Shown: positions 17,405-26,493 of the stretch, piece by piece
Layout: each line of letters opens with the position of its first letter
Numbering within the stretch: the first letter of the stretch is position 1
NCBI RefSeq assembly: GCF_000020385.1
Contig: NC_010814.1
Coordinates: forward strand, 1,320,001 to 1,352,000
DNA length: 32,000 nucleotides
Direction of reading: 5' to 3'
Origin: Trichlorobacter lovleyi SZ
Lineage (GTDB): Bacteria > Desulfobacterota > Desulfuromonadia > Geobacterales > Pseudopelobacteraceae
The notes under the pieces: generated by a model
Told to the model about the DNA's origin: nothing
Seen by the model: only the letters and a program-made list of their open reading frames with translations
The model's database searches: none
Made by a program: the position numbers and the translations under genes

Positions 17405-18607
17405 TCAGGCAGCCAGCAGGTGCCCGAGCTTGTCGCGCTTGGTCTGCAGGTAGCGCATGTTGGTGCTTAACGCCTTCATCTCGATCGGTACCCGCTCAAC
17501 AATATTCAGGCCATACCCCTCCAGTCCGATCATCTTCTTGGGGTTGTTGGTCATCAGGCGGATCTTTCTGGCTCCCAGCGCCCTGAGCATCTGGGCGCCA
17601 ATGCCGTAATCCCGCAGATCGGCCTTGAATCCCAGCGCCTCGTTGGCCTCAACGGTATCGCAGCCCTGATCCTGCAGTTCATAGGCCTTGAGCTTGTTGA
17701 TCAGGCCGATCCCCCTGCCTTCCTGCCGCATGTACAACAGGATGCCTGCGCCTTCCTGTTCAATGCGGTCCATGGCCCGGCTGAGCTGTCCGCCGCAGTC
17801 ACAGCGGATGCTGCCGAATACGTCACTGGTCAGACACTCCGAATGCACCCTGACCAGCACCGGCTCGTCCGGCCTGATCTCTCCCTTGACCAGGGCGATA
17901 TGCTCCAGGCCGTCAATATCATTCTCAAAGGCAACCACGCGGAATTTGCCGGCCCAGGTGGGCAGCTTTGCCTCCGCCACCGGTCGCACCAGTGATTCAT
18001 GCTTCAGCCGGTAGGCCACCAGATCGGCCACCGAGCAGATCCGGATGCCGTGCCGCAGGGCAAACTCCCTCAACTGCGGCATGCGGGCCATGCTGCCGTC
18101 CTCGTTCATGATCTCGCAGATTACCCCGGCCGGTTTCAGCCCGGCCAGACGGGCCAGATCCACCGAACCTTCAGTCTGGCCGGTGCGTACCAGCACCCCG
18201 CCGGCCCGTGCACGCAGCGGAAAGATATGGCCGGGGCGGGAGAGATCCTCCGGCCCGGTATTGTCGGCAATCGCGGTCAGGATGGTCTGGGCCCGGTCTG
18301 CTGCCGAGATGCCGGTGGTCACTCCATGGCGGGCCTCAATGGAAACCGTAAAGGCGGTCTGGAATGGTGAGTTGTTCTCTGAAACCATGGGCGGCAGCTC
18401 AAGCTGGTCACAGCGCTCTTCGGTCAGGGTCAGGCAGATCAGGCCGCGGCCATACTTGGCCATGAAATTGATCGCCTCCGGGGTGACATGCTCGGCTGCC
18501 ATGGTCAGATCGCCTTCGTTCTCCCGATCTTCATCATCAACCAGAATAACCATTCTGCCGTTGCGGATATCCTTTATTGCTGCCCTAATATTGCTACATG
18601 GCACCAT
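17405..18607 (-). CDS. ribBA: bifunctional 3,4-dihydroxy-2-butanone-4-phosphate synthase / GTP cyclohydrolase II
   Basis: The N-half carries [12 protein letters not shown] (DHBP synthase). The C-half carries [18 protein letters not shown] (GCH II zinc site). 400 aa. Confidence 0.95.
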   Translation of the reverse strand: MVPCSNIRAAIKDIRNGRMVILVDDEDRENEGDLTMAAEHVTPEAINFMAKYGRGLICLTLTEERCDQLELPPMVSENNSPFQTAFTVSIEARHGVTTGISAADRAQTILTAIADNTGPEDLSRPGHIFPLRARAGGVLVRTGQTEGSVDLARLAGLKPAGVICEIMNEDGSMARMPQLREFALRHGIRICSVADLVAYRLKHESLVRPVAEAKLPTWAGKFRVVAFENDIDGLEHIALVKGEIRPDEPVLVRVHSECLTSDVFGSIRCDCGGQLSRAMDRIEQEGAGILLYMRQEGRGIGLINKLKAYELQDQGCDTVEANEALGFKADLRDYGIGAQMLRALGARKIRLMTNNPKKMIGLEGYGLNIVERVPIEMKALSTNMRYLQTKRDKLGHLLAA

Positions 18608-18784
18608 GAATATTGTTCCTTTGCCCGAATTTAATGAATGCTCTACTGCACAGTAAGTTAATTGCCTTGGCCAAAGACGCTATCTAGTTAAGGGGTTATT
18701 ACTCCGGCAACTAATGTGCGGTAAATACCGGTTGGCGTATTTCAGAAAGTCAAGAGCAAGGTTCCGCTTAACTATCTTAAAATC

Positions 18785-18818
18785 CCCGTGGAGGAGGGAA
18801 GGGATCTCACTCCACGGG
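18785..18818 (-). terminator. intrinsic terminator downstream of the small tatA paralogue
   Basis: CCCGTGGAG pairs with CTCCACGGG as a 9-bp perfect stem, extendable by GAG/CTC with a 1-nt bulge. On the minus strand it is followed by GATTTTAAG. It lies 67 nt after the stop at 18885. Confidence 0.6.
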
Positions 18819-18884
18819 ATTCATGCAGTGCAAATCAAGTGAGGCCTCAGCCTGAGTTTGACAACATCAATGCAGGTTCTGCTA

Positions 18885-19058
18885 TCAGCTCTCCGCTTTG
18901 GGGTTGATCTCAACTTGATCCTTGCCGTCAGCTGCTCTTCTGAAGTTGCTGATGGCCTTGCCGAATGAGTTGCCCAGTTCGGGCAGTTTTCCCACACCAA
19001 ATACCAACATCAGGATTGCCCCTATGACGAGCAATTCGGGTATACCGAAACCAAACAT
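18885..19058 (-). CDS. tatA: TatA-family twin-arginine translocase subunit (57 aa, absent from ORF track)
   Basis: Hand translation gives MFGFGIPELLVIGAILMLVFGVGKLPELGNSFGKAISNFRRAADGKDQVEINPKAES*. The ATG at 19058 is preceded by AAAGGAAC. The product has a TatA TM helix, hinge and amphipathic helix. Confidence 0.8.
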   Translation of the reverse strand: MFGFGIPELLVIGAILMLVFGVGKLPELGNSFGKAISNFRRAADGKDQVEINPKAES

Positions 19059-19079
19059 AATAGTTCCTTTCTCTTCGCT

Positions 19080-19523
19080 TTAATTGTGCGGCGTACTCTT
19101 GTGACAGACGAAACAGGTGCTGTCTTGAAGGGGCTTGTGACAGCCAGTACAGTGTTTACTGCTCCAGCCTGAACGGTGGCTGGACGGTGGGGTGTTCCGG
19201 TGGCACTCTGTACAGCTGTCCTCTTTGTGACAGGCAAGGCAGGATGACCGGTCCCATCTCGCTTCAAGGCCGTGGCCTTTCTTTATCCACGTAGCGGTAT
19301 GATTGCGCGGCACGACCTCCTGATGGCATTGAATGCATGACACTTTGTCGACATGGCATTCAATGCATTCTTTCATCTGGGCTTTGCTGGCCTGGCCATG
19401 TCGACGCATCCAGGATGTGTCGTGGCTGGGCGGTTTGTTGGATTCCACGGCAAACACAGCTATAGACATTCCCAGTAAAACTATTGCAAACACCGTGGAT
19501 AATGCCGTTAACTTAGCTTTCAT
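19080..19523 (-). CDS. periplasmic hexahaem c-type cytochrome
   Basis: Signal peptide plus six CxxCH motifs (CIECH, CIQCH, CLACH, CTECH, CTGCH, CFVCH) in 147 aa. They are organised as three paired-CxxCH repeats. Confidence 0.9.
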   Translation of the reverse strand: MKAKLTALSTVFAIVLLGMSIAVFAVESNKPPSHDTSWMRRHGQASKAQMKECIECHVDKVSCIQCHQEVVPRNHTATWIKKGHGLEARWDRSSCLACHKEDSCTECHRNTPPSSHRSGWSSKHCTGCHKPLQDSTCFVCHKSTPHN

Positions 19524-19538
19524 TGTGTCCTCTTCTTT

Positions 19539-19934
19539 CTAGAATATTAAGCTCGCCTGTATTTCGGCGGTATAATTAGTATTTAGTCTGTTGTCGATGT
19601 TGTTGTAGAAACTGCCGTGCTCCATGTTAATGTCGGCCATAAAGCTTAAATGTTTGTTGGGTTTGTACTGACCACCGACATAATAGGATCTGGCCCAATC
19701 CATGCATTTTGCCTTGTTGAGGCTGGAAAGGAGGTTGGGATTGATGTCGTAATCATAGCGTTTGTAGGAGGTGCCGCCCCAGACTTCTACAGCCTTTGTA
19801 ATATTTTGGCTGAGCTGAACACCGTACTGAATGCTGTCATTCGTATTGGTGGTCGCCGTTCTTCTTATGCCCCAGTGGTCGGCACTGAAGGAAATGTAGG
19901 TTCCGTCCGTAGGAATACCGGAGATATCAAATTT
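19539..19934 (-). pseudogene. outer-membrane beta-barrel protein, C-terminal part (split by IS21)
   Basis: The frame continues exactly from 22359-23458 once the IS and one TSD copy are removed. The product ends ...AEIQASLIF, the aromatic C-terminus typical of OM barrels. Confidence 0.8.
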
Positions 19935-19992
19935 TGTCAATCGGCATTGAAATTTGACCCACCATCGGCGTCCAAAATTGACCCACCTCAGC
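19935..19992. repeat. IS21 left terminal inverted-repeat block
   Basis: TGTCAATCGGCAT...TTGACCCAC...TCGGCGTCCAAAATTGACCCACCTCAGC. The inner 28 nt are identical to the reverse complement of the right end. Confidence 0.85.
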
Positions 19993-20000
19993 GGTTGATT

Positions 20001-20765
20001 TTAGTCTGAGTTTCTGGTTTTGATTCTCCAGCTTTCATTTCCTGTTTCGACGATTTCGCAGTGATGGGTAACCCTGTCCAGAAGTGCCGTGGTCATTTTG
20101 CCATCACCGAACACCTGCGGCCATTCTCCAAAGGTCAGGTTAGTGGTAATGATAAGCGATGTTCTCTCGTACAGCTTTGATATAAGGTGAAACAGCAGCT
20201 GTCCTCCAGCCTTTGAGAACGGCAGATAGCCCAGTTCGTCCAGCACAACCAGATCAAGCCTGCAGAGTGCCTCTGCAAGCTTTCCTCCGCGTCCGCTTAG
20301 CTTTTCCTGTTCTAGTTGGTTGACCAGATCCAGCAGGTTGAAGTATCGGCCACGCTTACCGTTTCTGATCACCTGCCGTGCAATGGCAATGGCCAGATGG
20401 GTCTTGCCGGTACCGGTTCCACCTACCAGAATGATATTACTCTTTTCAGTAAGAAAGCCTCCCTCATACAGCATTCTGACCTGTGTCTCGTTGATCGGTG
20501 TATCCGTAAACTCAAAGTGATCCAGGTCCTTCTCTACTGGAAACCTTGCCTGACTCAGGCGGTAGCGGATACTTCTGATTCTCCGTTCAGCCAGCTCTGC
20601 ATTAAGCAGCTCAAACAGGATCTTCTCCGGTGTGGCCCGTTGTTTGATGCCTGTGGCGATCAGCTCGTCACAGGCAGTCTTCATGCCATGCAGCCCAAGG
20701 GTCTCCATGGCCTTTTGCAGTTTCTCACGCAGTAGCACAGGCACCTCCGGCAAGCAGCAGGTCAT
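20001..20765 (-). CDS. istB: IS21 helper ATPase IstB
   Basis: Walker [12 protein letters not shown] and a Walker B-like LVVLDELGY. 254 aa, overlapping the istA end. Confidence 0.9.
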   Translation of the reverse strand: MTCCLPEVPVLLREKLQKAMETLGLHGMKTACDELIATGIKQRATPEKILFELLNAELAERRIRSIRYRLSQARFPVEKDLDHFEFTDTPINETQVRMLYEGGFLTEKSNIILVGGTGTGKTHLAIAIARQVIRNGKRGRYFNLLDLVNQLEQEKLSGRGGKLAEALCRLDLVVLDELGYLPFSKAGGQLLFHLISKLYERTSLIITTNLTFGEWPQVFGDGKMTTALLDRVTHHCEIVETGNESWRIKTRNSD

Positions 20766-22239
20766 ACCGCCTGCAGTCAGCTACAGGCGGTATGATCAAA
20801 ACCGGCAGTTTTGCTGCAGGATCTGCCGTTGGTGTCGGTTCTTCATCGTTTCGGGACAACAGATTAAGCACGACATCCCGACTGATGGTATTGGCTGCCA
20901 ATGCATCAGTGCATGCCTGTGTTACTGCTTCAATGCCATAGTAGGAGACAACCGCCAGTATCCCGACAAACTGCCGGTCACCATCACGGTGCTTGGCAAG
21001 GGCACTACGGATTTGCTCAATAGATTCCGGCAAATTCCATTCCTTAAACGGTGCACCGTTTCTGAGTGCTCCCGGCTTCTTCTTCAGTGCCTCCAGATAG
21101 TGCCAGGGATCATAGAAGACCTGATCACGACCAAAGTGCCGTTTGTGGAATCCTACGGTTCTGCCGCTCTGGACAAAGGTCAGACGATCAGCATAGGCCC
21201 GTACCGTGACCGGGTTGCCAACAGCAGAGACATGGACGCTGTAACGGTTGCGGTCAAATGAGACCAGGGAGGTAGAAGATACCTTGGCATCGCTTTCCAG
21301 ATAACCGTCAAACGGAACCGTTACCGTGAGAAGCTGCCGGCGTTCCTCCTTAAACAGGTCATTGATCGTCAGGAGTGGGTTGTCAGGATGTTTCTGGGTT
21401 GCTGCGTAGTCCAGACATTGTTCCTGCAGCCACTGGTTTAGCTCAGAAAGGTTGGTAAATGTCCGCCGTTTGGCGAAGAAACGCTTGCGCACAAGGCCTA
21501 CCTGATTCTCTACCTGCCCCTTCTCCCAGCCTGCAGCAGGAGTGCAGGCTATCGGTTCAAACAGGTAGTGGGAGGCCAGACTCAAAAACCGACGATTGAA
21601 TACACGATCCTTGCCCATCAGGACTTTGGTTACTACGGTTTTTAGGTTGTCGTAGATACCACGCCGACAGGCACCACCAAAGAAGCTGAATGCCTTGATA
21701 TGAGCATCCAGAACCATCTCCAGGCTCTCACGTGTGTAGGCCACGCAAAATGGCATCCGACTGTTACAGAGGCGAAACTGAGCAATCTTGACCTTTACGA
21801 TGATCCCACCCAACTCAATCTGCTCATAGCTCCAGTCAAACTGAAATGCCTCACCAGGATCAAAGGATAGCGGAATAAAGGCTGCGGCTACGCCGCCGCC
21901 GGTCTCTTTGCGCTGCTGCTGGATGTAACGACGGACGCTGTCATAGCCACCTTCAAATCCTTCCCGCTGTAGCGTCTCAAACAATAACTGGGCACTACGA
22001 CGATGGCGGACTGGCTTTACGGCATCTTCAGACAACAGTCCTTTGAGACGTTCTTCAAATGCAGCAAGCTTTGGCCTGGGCTGTTCGGTGCGGGTATAAA
22101 CCTGATCGGTTACGTCACTTCTGATGATTTTCTTGACGGTGTTCTTAGACAGATGAAACTCACGGGCTATCTGCCTGATTGGTTTCTTGTCCCGGTGGTA
22201 AGCCTGGCGGATTTTACGGATGGATTCCACTAGCAGCAT
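20725..22239 (-). CDS. istA: IS21 transposase IstA
   Basis: 504 aa with an N-terminal HTH ([18 protein letters not shown]) and a DDE-type integrase core. It shows the typical istA-istB overlap. Confidence 0.9.
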   Translation of the reverse strand: MLLVESIRKIRQAYHRDKKPIRQIAREFHLSKNTVKKIIRSDVTDQVYTRTEQPRPKLAAFEERLKGLLSEDAVKPVRHRRSAQLLFETLQREGFEGGYDSVRRYIQQQRKETGGGVAAAFIPLSFDPGEAFQFDWSYEQIELGGIIVKVKIAQFRLCNSRMPFCVAYTRESLEMVLDAHIKAFSFFGGACRRGIYDNLKTVVTKVLMGKDRVFNRRFLSLASHYLFEPIACTPAAGWEKGQVENQVGLVRKRFFAKRRTFTNLSELNQWLQEQCLDYAATQKHPDNPLLTINDLFKEERRQLLTVTVPFDGYLESDAKVSSTSLVSFDRNRYSVHVSAVGNPVTVRAYADRLTFVQSGRTVGFHKRHFGRDQVFYDPWHYLEALKKKPGALRNGAPFKEWNLPESIEQIRSALAKHRDGDRQFVGILAVVSYYGIEAVTQACTDALAANTISRDVVLNLLSRNDEEPTPTADPAAKLPVLIIPPVADCRRYDLLLAGGACATA

Positions 22240-22290
22240 CTCCTTTCAAAGCTCCTCTCTCTGGATGATGCCAAAGAGAATGGAGGAGGT

Positions 22291-22358
22291 GCTGAGGTGG
22301 GTCAATTTTGGACGCCGATTACACCCGAAAGTGGGTCAATATTGCATGCCGATTCACA
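22291..22358. repeat. IS21 right terminal inverted-repeat block
   Basis: The reverse complement reads TGTGAATCGGCATGCAATATTGACCCAC...TCGGCGTCCAAAATTGACCCACCTCAGC. Confidence 0.85.
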
Positions 22359-23458
22359 AATTTACCTCCGACCCGTTCGTAACTGCGATTGTTGAAGTTT
22401 TCAGCACCTTCTACCAATCTTTCCTGGAAGGTTACTCCGATGCTAAAATGCTTCAGAAAGGCTTGATAAAGACCCACCTCGTATTTGCTGTATCTGCTAT
22501 TCGTCGCAAGGGCACTGGTCAACTGGTTTACCGCGTAGCTGCTGTTTGTGCTGCTATTGTTTAGAAGCCCCTCATACTTACCGGTCAGAATCGTCCCAAC
22601 TGAGGTCAGTTCATAGGCAACATCGGCATTTAGTGAACTGGCATTGTCAAGGTTTGTGTAGGCGAGGGCAACATTGCCGTTGGGGATTGCCTGGTCGATG
22701 CGTAACCTACCGTAATCGCTGTTAATGCTCTGGGTATAGAGACGGGTGTACTCGCCGCCAAAGCTTGTTTTCTCGGTGGCTTTTACCGTGATCCCACCGC
22801 CTACCAGATTGTCACGTCCGGTGGGGTAATAGAAGCTTACCGGTCTGCCTCCATAGGCATAGACTGATACTGCATCGTTCAGCTTTACTGTTGCATCGGC
22901 TCCGTCGAGTGCAAACGAGTTCTGGTGCACTAAGTTCACACGTCCCAGGATGATGGATGTGTTTTGGATGACATTGTCAAAGGTGGCTGTACCTAAATAC
23001 AACCGGGGTGACCAGACGTCGGGTTTGCGCTGTGTGTCCAGGGCATCCCGGAAATGGTAGTATGAATCACCTCTTCTATCCCCCTCAAATTTGCCTTTAT
23101 CTCCGTTGATATCAGCGGCAAAGCGGGCATAAGCGGAAAGACTTACGGTGCCGTTACCCAGCTTGACTTGATCGGTGCGCACCCGCAGGTACTGGTAGAA
23201 ATCCTGGTCGTTACCCATATTGTTGCTATCCACATCATTGAATCTGTAACGGTAGCGGGAGGTGAGGGTTGTGTAAACCTTGGTACCGGCAATGCCGGTA
23301 CCAACATAGTTCTCCTGTAATATGCCCGGAGATACCTGCTGCGACCAGCTATCGGGTGTGGTGTAGTTTTCAAGCTCAAAAGCCGGGGCGGTGCCGGTTA
23401 GGGCAGTGATGCAGAGCATCGCAGCCAGAGGGATGCCCCATGTTGAATATCTGTGCAC
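22359..23458 (-). pseudogene. outer-membrane beta-barrel protein, N-terminal part (split by IS21)
   Basis: A GTG start at 23458 lies 6 nt after GAAGGAGG. The signal peptide is HRYSTWGIPLAAMLCITALTGTAPA|FE. The track ORF 22319-23512 runs 13 codons into the IS before stopping. Confidence 0.8.
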
Positions 23459-23617
23459 GAAGTGCCTCCTTCTGTAATGGTTGATATGAAACCGGCCGTC
23501 GCTCACATACACGACGGTCGGTCCAGGCTACCATGGCCGGTGGGACGTTGCCTGTCCTGCAATTAAGGGCGGGCAACAGTCCGGAAGGTCTGTCTCATAC
23601 TTGATTGAGATGCGTAA

Positions 23618-24292
23618 TCACTTGCCGTAAGCAAGGGCCGCATACGACGGGTCGTTCTTGTCGAACGACCCGTCGTATGGTTTTAAAAGAGCGGACGATT
23701 GCAAGTAATATCCATAATCATTGGTGACATGCCGTTCGATTACTAGCCACTCCCCATTGCGATACTCCCACTTGTCGCAATAGCGAGCGACGCCTTGTAT
23801 TAGAGTATATGTGCCATCCCCGTTCGGAAACATTACCGGAGCCGTAACATATGTTTCCGACCCCGCTTTTTTCCCGTTGACGGTAATTGCAATATTACCC
23901 ATGAAGTGAGCGTAGAATCCGCCCGCAGCCGTTATCCCCTTGTCGGTAACATTCACGCACTTATCAACCCAGTCCCAACCGGTTCCTTTAAAAACGGGAC
24001 CCGTATCGGGGTTTGTTCCAAAATCAACATAAGAGTCTTCTGCAAACATTTTTTTGCCTTCTTCGGCATCCTGCCTGTCATCACCGCGACAATATAAACA
24101 TAGTTTGTAACGTATCTCTTCTTTTGCCTCCAAAACCCATAATCTGTCTTGTAGCTGCAAAATATCCGTTTCCGATGTGCTTGTTTCTGCGGCATCCGAA
24201 CTAGCACATGCGGCAAGCCCCATAGTCGCAACGCCTATTGTGCCGATAGCGCTTGCCTTCAAAAAAGTTTTCCGGGATAGCTTTTCATTCAC
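23618..24292 (-). CDS. NTF2/SnoaL-like lipoprotein with twin-arginine-like (RK) signal
   Basis: A GTG start at 24292 follows AAGGAGGA. The signal reads SRKTFLKAS...MGLAAC (lipobox). The body shows the SnoaL_4-type pattern (EIRYKLCLYCRGDD..., ARYCDKWEYRNGEWLVIERH). Confidence 0.8.
   Translation of the reverse strand: MNEKLSRKTFLKASAIGTIGVATMGLAACASSDAAETSTSETDILQLQDRLWVLEAKEEIRYKLCLYCRGDDRQDAEEGKKMFAEDSYVDFGTNPDTGPVFKGTGWDWVDKCVNVTDKGITAAGGFYAHFMGNIAITVNGKKAGSETYVTAPVMFPNGDGTYTLIQGVARYCDKWEYRNGEWLVIERHVTNDYGYYLQSSALLKPYDGSFDKNDPSYAALAYGK
23641..23679. repeat. 17-bp perfect inverted repeat (5-nt loop) inside the 3' end of the NTF2-like CDS
   Basis: CATACGACGGGTCGTTC ttgtc GAACGACCCGTCGTATG, which encodes PYDGSFDKNDPSY. 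Confidence 0.9.
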
Positions 24293-24386
24293 CTTTAAAT
24301 CCTCCTTCAGTAAGTCTCCTGACGTTGAATAGATTTGTGGTCTGCAAAAGCCCATGAATTTTGAGAAAAAGCAGCATGATGCCGTT

Positions 24387-24600
24387 TGTGTAGAGACTGC
24401 CCTTTATTTTGAGCCGTTTCTTCGTGATGATAATCAGCACATAGACCAATATTGTTATCCAAATCTGAGCGTTGGCAGCGTTTTCCGATGTGCCGTAGAA
24501 ACTCTTGATTCTTAGATTCTGCTTGATCCATTTAGGAGGGCAGCTCTACCTGCCAGCGACAACGGTACAGCTCGGCAATGTTCAAGTCATCTGCCCTGAG
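24387..24600 (-). pseudogene. IS4-family (DDE_Tnp_1) transposase C-terminal remnant, frameshifted
   Basis: AELYRCRWQVEL is followed, after a frameshift near 24538, by KWIKQNLRIKSFYGTSENAANAQIWITILVYVL. This reproduces the IS4 Y-x2-R-x3-E-x6-K signature. There is no N-terminal catalytic region. Confidence 0.7.
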
Positions 24601-24687
24601 CGGAGATGAAGGGCGTATGACGACCAGCAGAAGAATGACGCTGATCAGGATTTGCGATGAGATTGAGTGTGTGAACAAAATTGCAAA

Positions 24688-24713
24688 GCACCCCGCGGTA
24701 TGTCGCGGGGTGC
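24688..24713 (-). terminator. intrinsic terminator after the flavoprotein gene
   Basis: GCACCCCGCG pairs with CGCGGGGTGC as a 10-bp stem with a 6-nt loop, 15 nt after the stop. On the minus strand it is followed by TTTGCAATTTTGT. Confidence 0.75.
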
Positions 24714-24728
24714 CCATGGGTAGGATCA

Positions 24729-26438
24729 CTAACTGGCGTCCCATGCAGTTTCTTTGGCAATCTGCTGGATGGCAATGCGGCCAAAGGCAAAGGCGCCGCT
24801 TGTGCTGCCGCCGCCGACATAGTATTGGGAGTTAACGTTGGCTGTTACGGACCCAGCGGCATAAAAACCGGTGATGACGCTGCCCTTGGCAGTTAGGACT
24901 TGTGATTTTGGGTTTATACGCAAGCCGCCAGTTGTTTGAGCAAACACTCTGTTTATCTCACGTTTATAGGCATAGAACGGACCCGTTTCAATTTTCTGGA
25001 GTACGCTCGGATCCTTGTTGAACTGGTCATCCTTGCCGGCGGCAGCAAAGGTATTATATCGTGCCAACGTCTGCCCAAGGTATGGTGCGCTGATCTTTGT
25101 GGCCAGCTCATCAATTGTATTTGCAGAATGTGTGACGAGATATTGGGCGGTGGCGGCGCCGATGCTGTCATAAATCTTCTGGTCGAAGATGATCCATGCT
25201 GACGGGTAGGTGTTGACAATCCACGCACCCATTTCCGAACCAGACAGGTCTTCGGGGGCGAATCGTTCTCCTGATGGATTGACAATGATTGCTTTCACAA
25301 AGTTGTTTGTCTCGTAATAAATGGGACACCAGTTTTCAGCATTGTTGAGCGACTTGGTGCCTGCCCCAATTGCTTGCCCCATGAGGAGGCCGGTCCCAAT
25401 ATCCATACAGTTGCCTGCATAGGAGGGTACTTGACCACCGTTACATAACGCAGACTTCGGCTGATACAATTCCAGCAGGTCCTTGTTGTTGATAAAACCC
25501 CCGTTACAGAAAAGCACCGCCTTTTTTGCCTTGTAGTAGTAGGTGGTCGACTCGTCCACCACCGGTACTCCGTTGTCATCCGTTTCGCCGGCTTTTGTTT
25601 TTACTGCGGCGACCCCGACCACGCGCCCATCGGCATTGGTAATCAAGCGGGTAGCCCTGGTGTTGTACAGAACTTTGTCGTTCGTACCCATGGAGGCCAG
25701 CGCTTTGGTTTCCAGTGCAACCCACAGTGTATTGCCGGCAGTAGTGCCGAGATAGTTACCGTTTGCATCTTTTTTCTTTTCGGCCATATGCATATGCGGC
25801 ACAGCCTTGCTTGTTTTGCCGTCACGTACAAGTCGACGCTCGTTGCCGTAGATGAGAACACCACCAGATGGAGGTGACGTGTATAGGGGCTGATAATTCC
25901 CGTATGTCACTCCGGCATCTTTAAGCATGCTGTAGACCTCGGCAATGTTTTCGCTGTATGCCTTGATCAAGGCAGCATCTCCACCAACACCCACAGCAGC
26001 AAGAGTGGTGGTATAGAATTCGTCAGCAGTTTCAGTAAAGCCGGAGGCGGTTTGATCGGCAGTACCGGCACCCAACCAAGTGCCACCACCGCACTTATAG
26101 GTGCTTGGGGCGTAAACCCGTTGTCCTATGGGCTTTTTATCTTCGTCCTGGGCTTCCAGCACCAGCAGCTTTGCATTGATCCCCTTTTCCTTGTTTGTGA
26201 TCATTGCCGCCGCTGCCGCGCCGCCGAATCCGACTATTACAACATCGGCCTCAGCATCCCATGCTGCTGGTAAATTCGGATCTGTGGTGGTGTTGCTGGA
26301 GCTACCAATTCGAGTGACATTGTCCCCGCAGCCAGCAGTAAGCCCCAAAGCCATTGTTCCCATGGCAAGACCACTTGCCTTAAGAAAACCACGGCGTGAC
26401 ATATCTTCTTTTGTTTTTTGTGTGCCTTGTTTACTCAT
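24729..26438 (-). CDS. Tat-exported lipoprotein FAD-dependent oxidoreductase (fumarate reductase / 3-ketosteroid dehydrogenase-type FAD_binding_2 superfamily)
   Basis: Tat motif SRRGFLKAS and lipobox LTAGC. Dinucleotide fold VVIVGFGGAAAAA. C-terminal FAD motif GFYAAGS. 569 aa. Confidence 0.9.
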   Translation of the reverse strand: MSKQGTQKTKEDMSRRGFLKASGLAMGTMALGLTAGCGDNVTRIGSSSNTTTDPNLPAAWDAEADVVIVGFGGAAAAAMITNKEKGINAKLLVLEAQDEDKKPIGQRVYAPSTYKCGGGTWLGAGTADQTASGFTETADEFYTTTLAAVGVGGDAALIKAYSENIAEVYSMLKDAGVTYGNYQPLYTSPPSGGVLIYGNERRLVRDGKTSKAVPHMHMAEKKKDANGNYLGTTAGNTLWVALETKALASMGTNDKVLYNTRATRLITNADGRVVGVAAVKTKAGETDDNGVPVVDESTTYYYKAKKAVLFCNGGFINNKDLLELYQPKSALCNGGQVPSYAGNCMDIGTGLLMGQAIGAGTKSLNNAENWCPIYYETNNFVKAIIVNPSGERFAPEDLSGSEMGAWIVNTYPSAWIIFDQKIYDSIGAATAQYLVTHSANTIDELATKISAPYLGQTLARYNTFAAAGKDDQFNKDPSVLQKIETGPFYAYKREINRVFAQTTGGLRINPKSQVLTAKGSVITGFYAAGSVTANVNSQYYVGGGSTSGAFAFGRIAIQQIAKETAWDAS

Positions 26439-26493
26439 ATAGATAGTCCCTTTCTATGGCCTTACATGTATTAAAAACATATTGATTCATCTG

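Larger units (their letters stand above)
19935..22358 (-). mobile_element. IS21-family insertion sequence (2424 bp, apparently intact)
   Basis: It has istA and istB, compound terminal inverted repeats beginning TGT(C/G)AATCGGCAT, and the 5-bp direct repeat AATTT at 19930-19934 and 22359-22363. Confidence 0.9.

Noticed and set aside
18608-18790. Possible FMN (RFN) riboswitch in the roughly 180-nt leader upstream of ribBA.
   Set aside because: I reverse-complemented the leader and compared it with the conserved RFN cores (AGGGUGAAAUUCCC, ACCGGCGGU, GCCGACAGU..AGUCUGGAUG). Only trivial fragments such as ACCGGT and GCCGGAGT are present. A covariance-model scan (Rfam RF00050) would be decisive.
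19080-23458. Calling the barrel plus hexahaem cytochrome a Pcc/Mtr-type porin-cytochrome electron conduit.
   Set aside because: No large (8-12 haem) periplasmic or extracellular cytochrome partners are present, and I recognise no MtrB/OmbB-like signature. Adjacency alone is insufficient, so it is kept only as one hypothesis within the island finding.
24307-24744. Track ORFs 24307-24531 (74 aa) and 24532-24744 (70 aa) as genes.
   Set aside because: They are alternative or partial frames across the IS4 transposase remnant and the terminator region. The meaningful reading is the frameshifted transposase tail.
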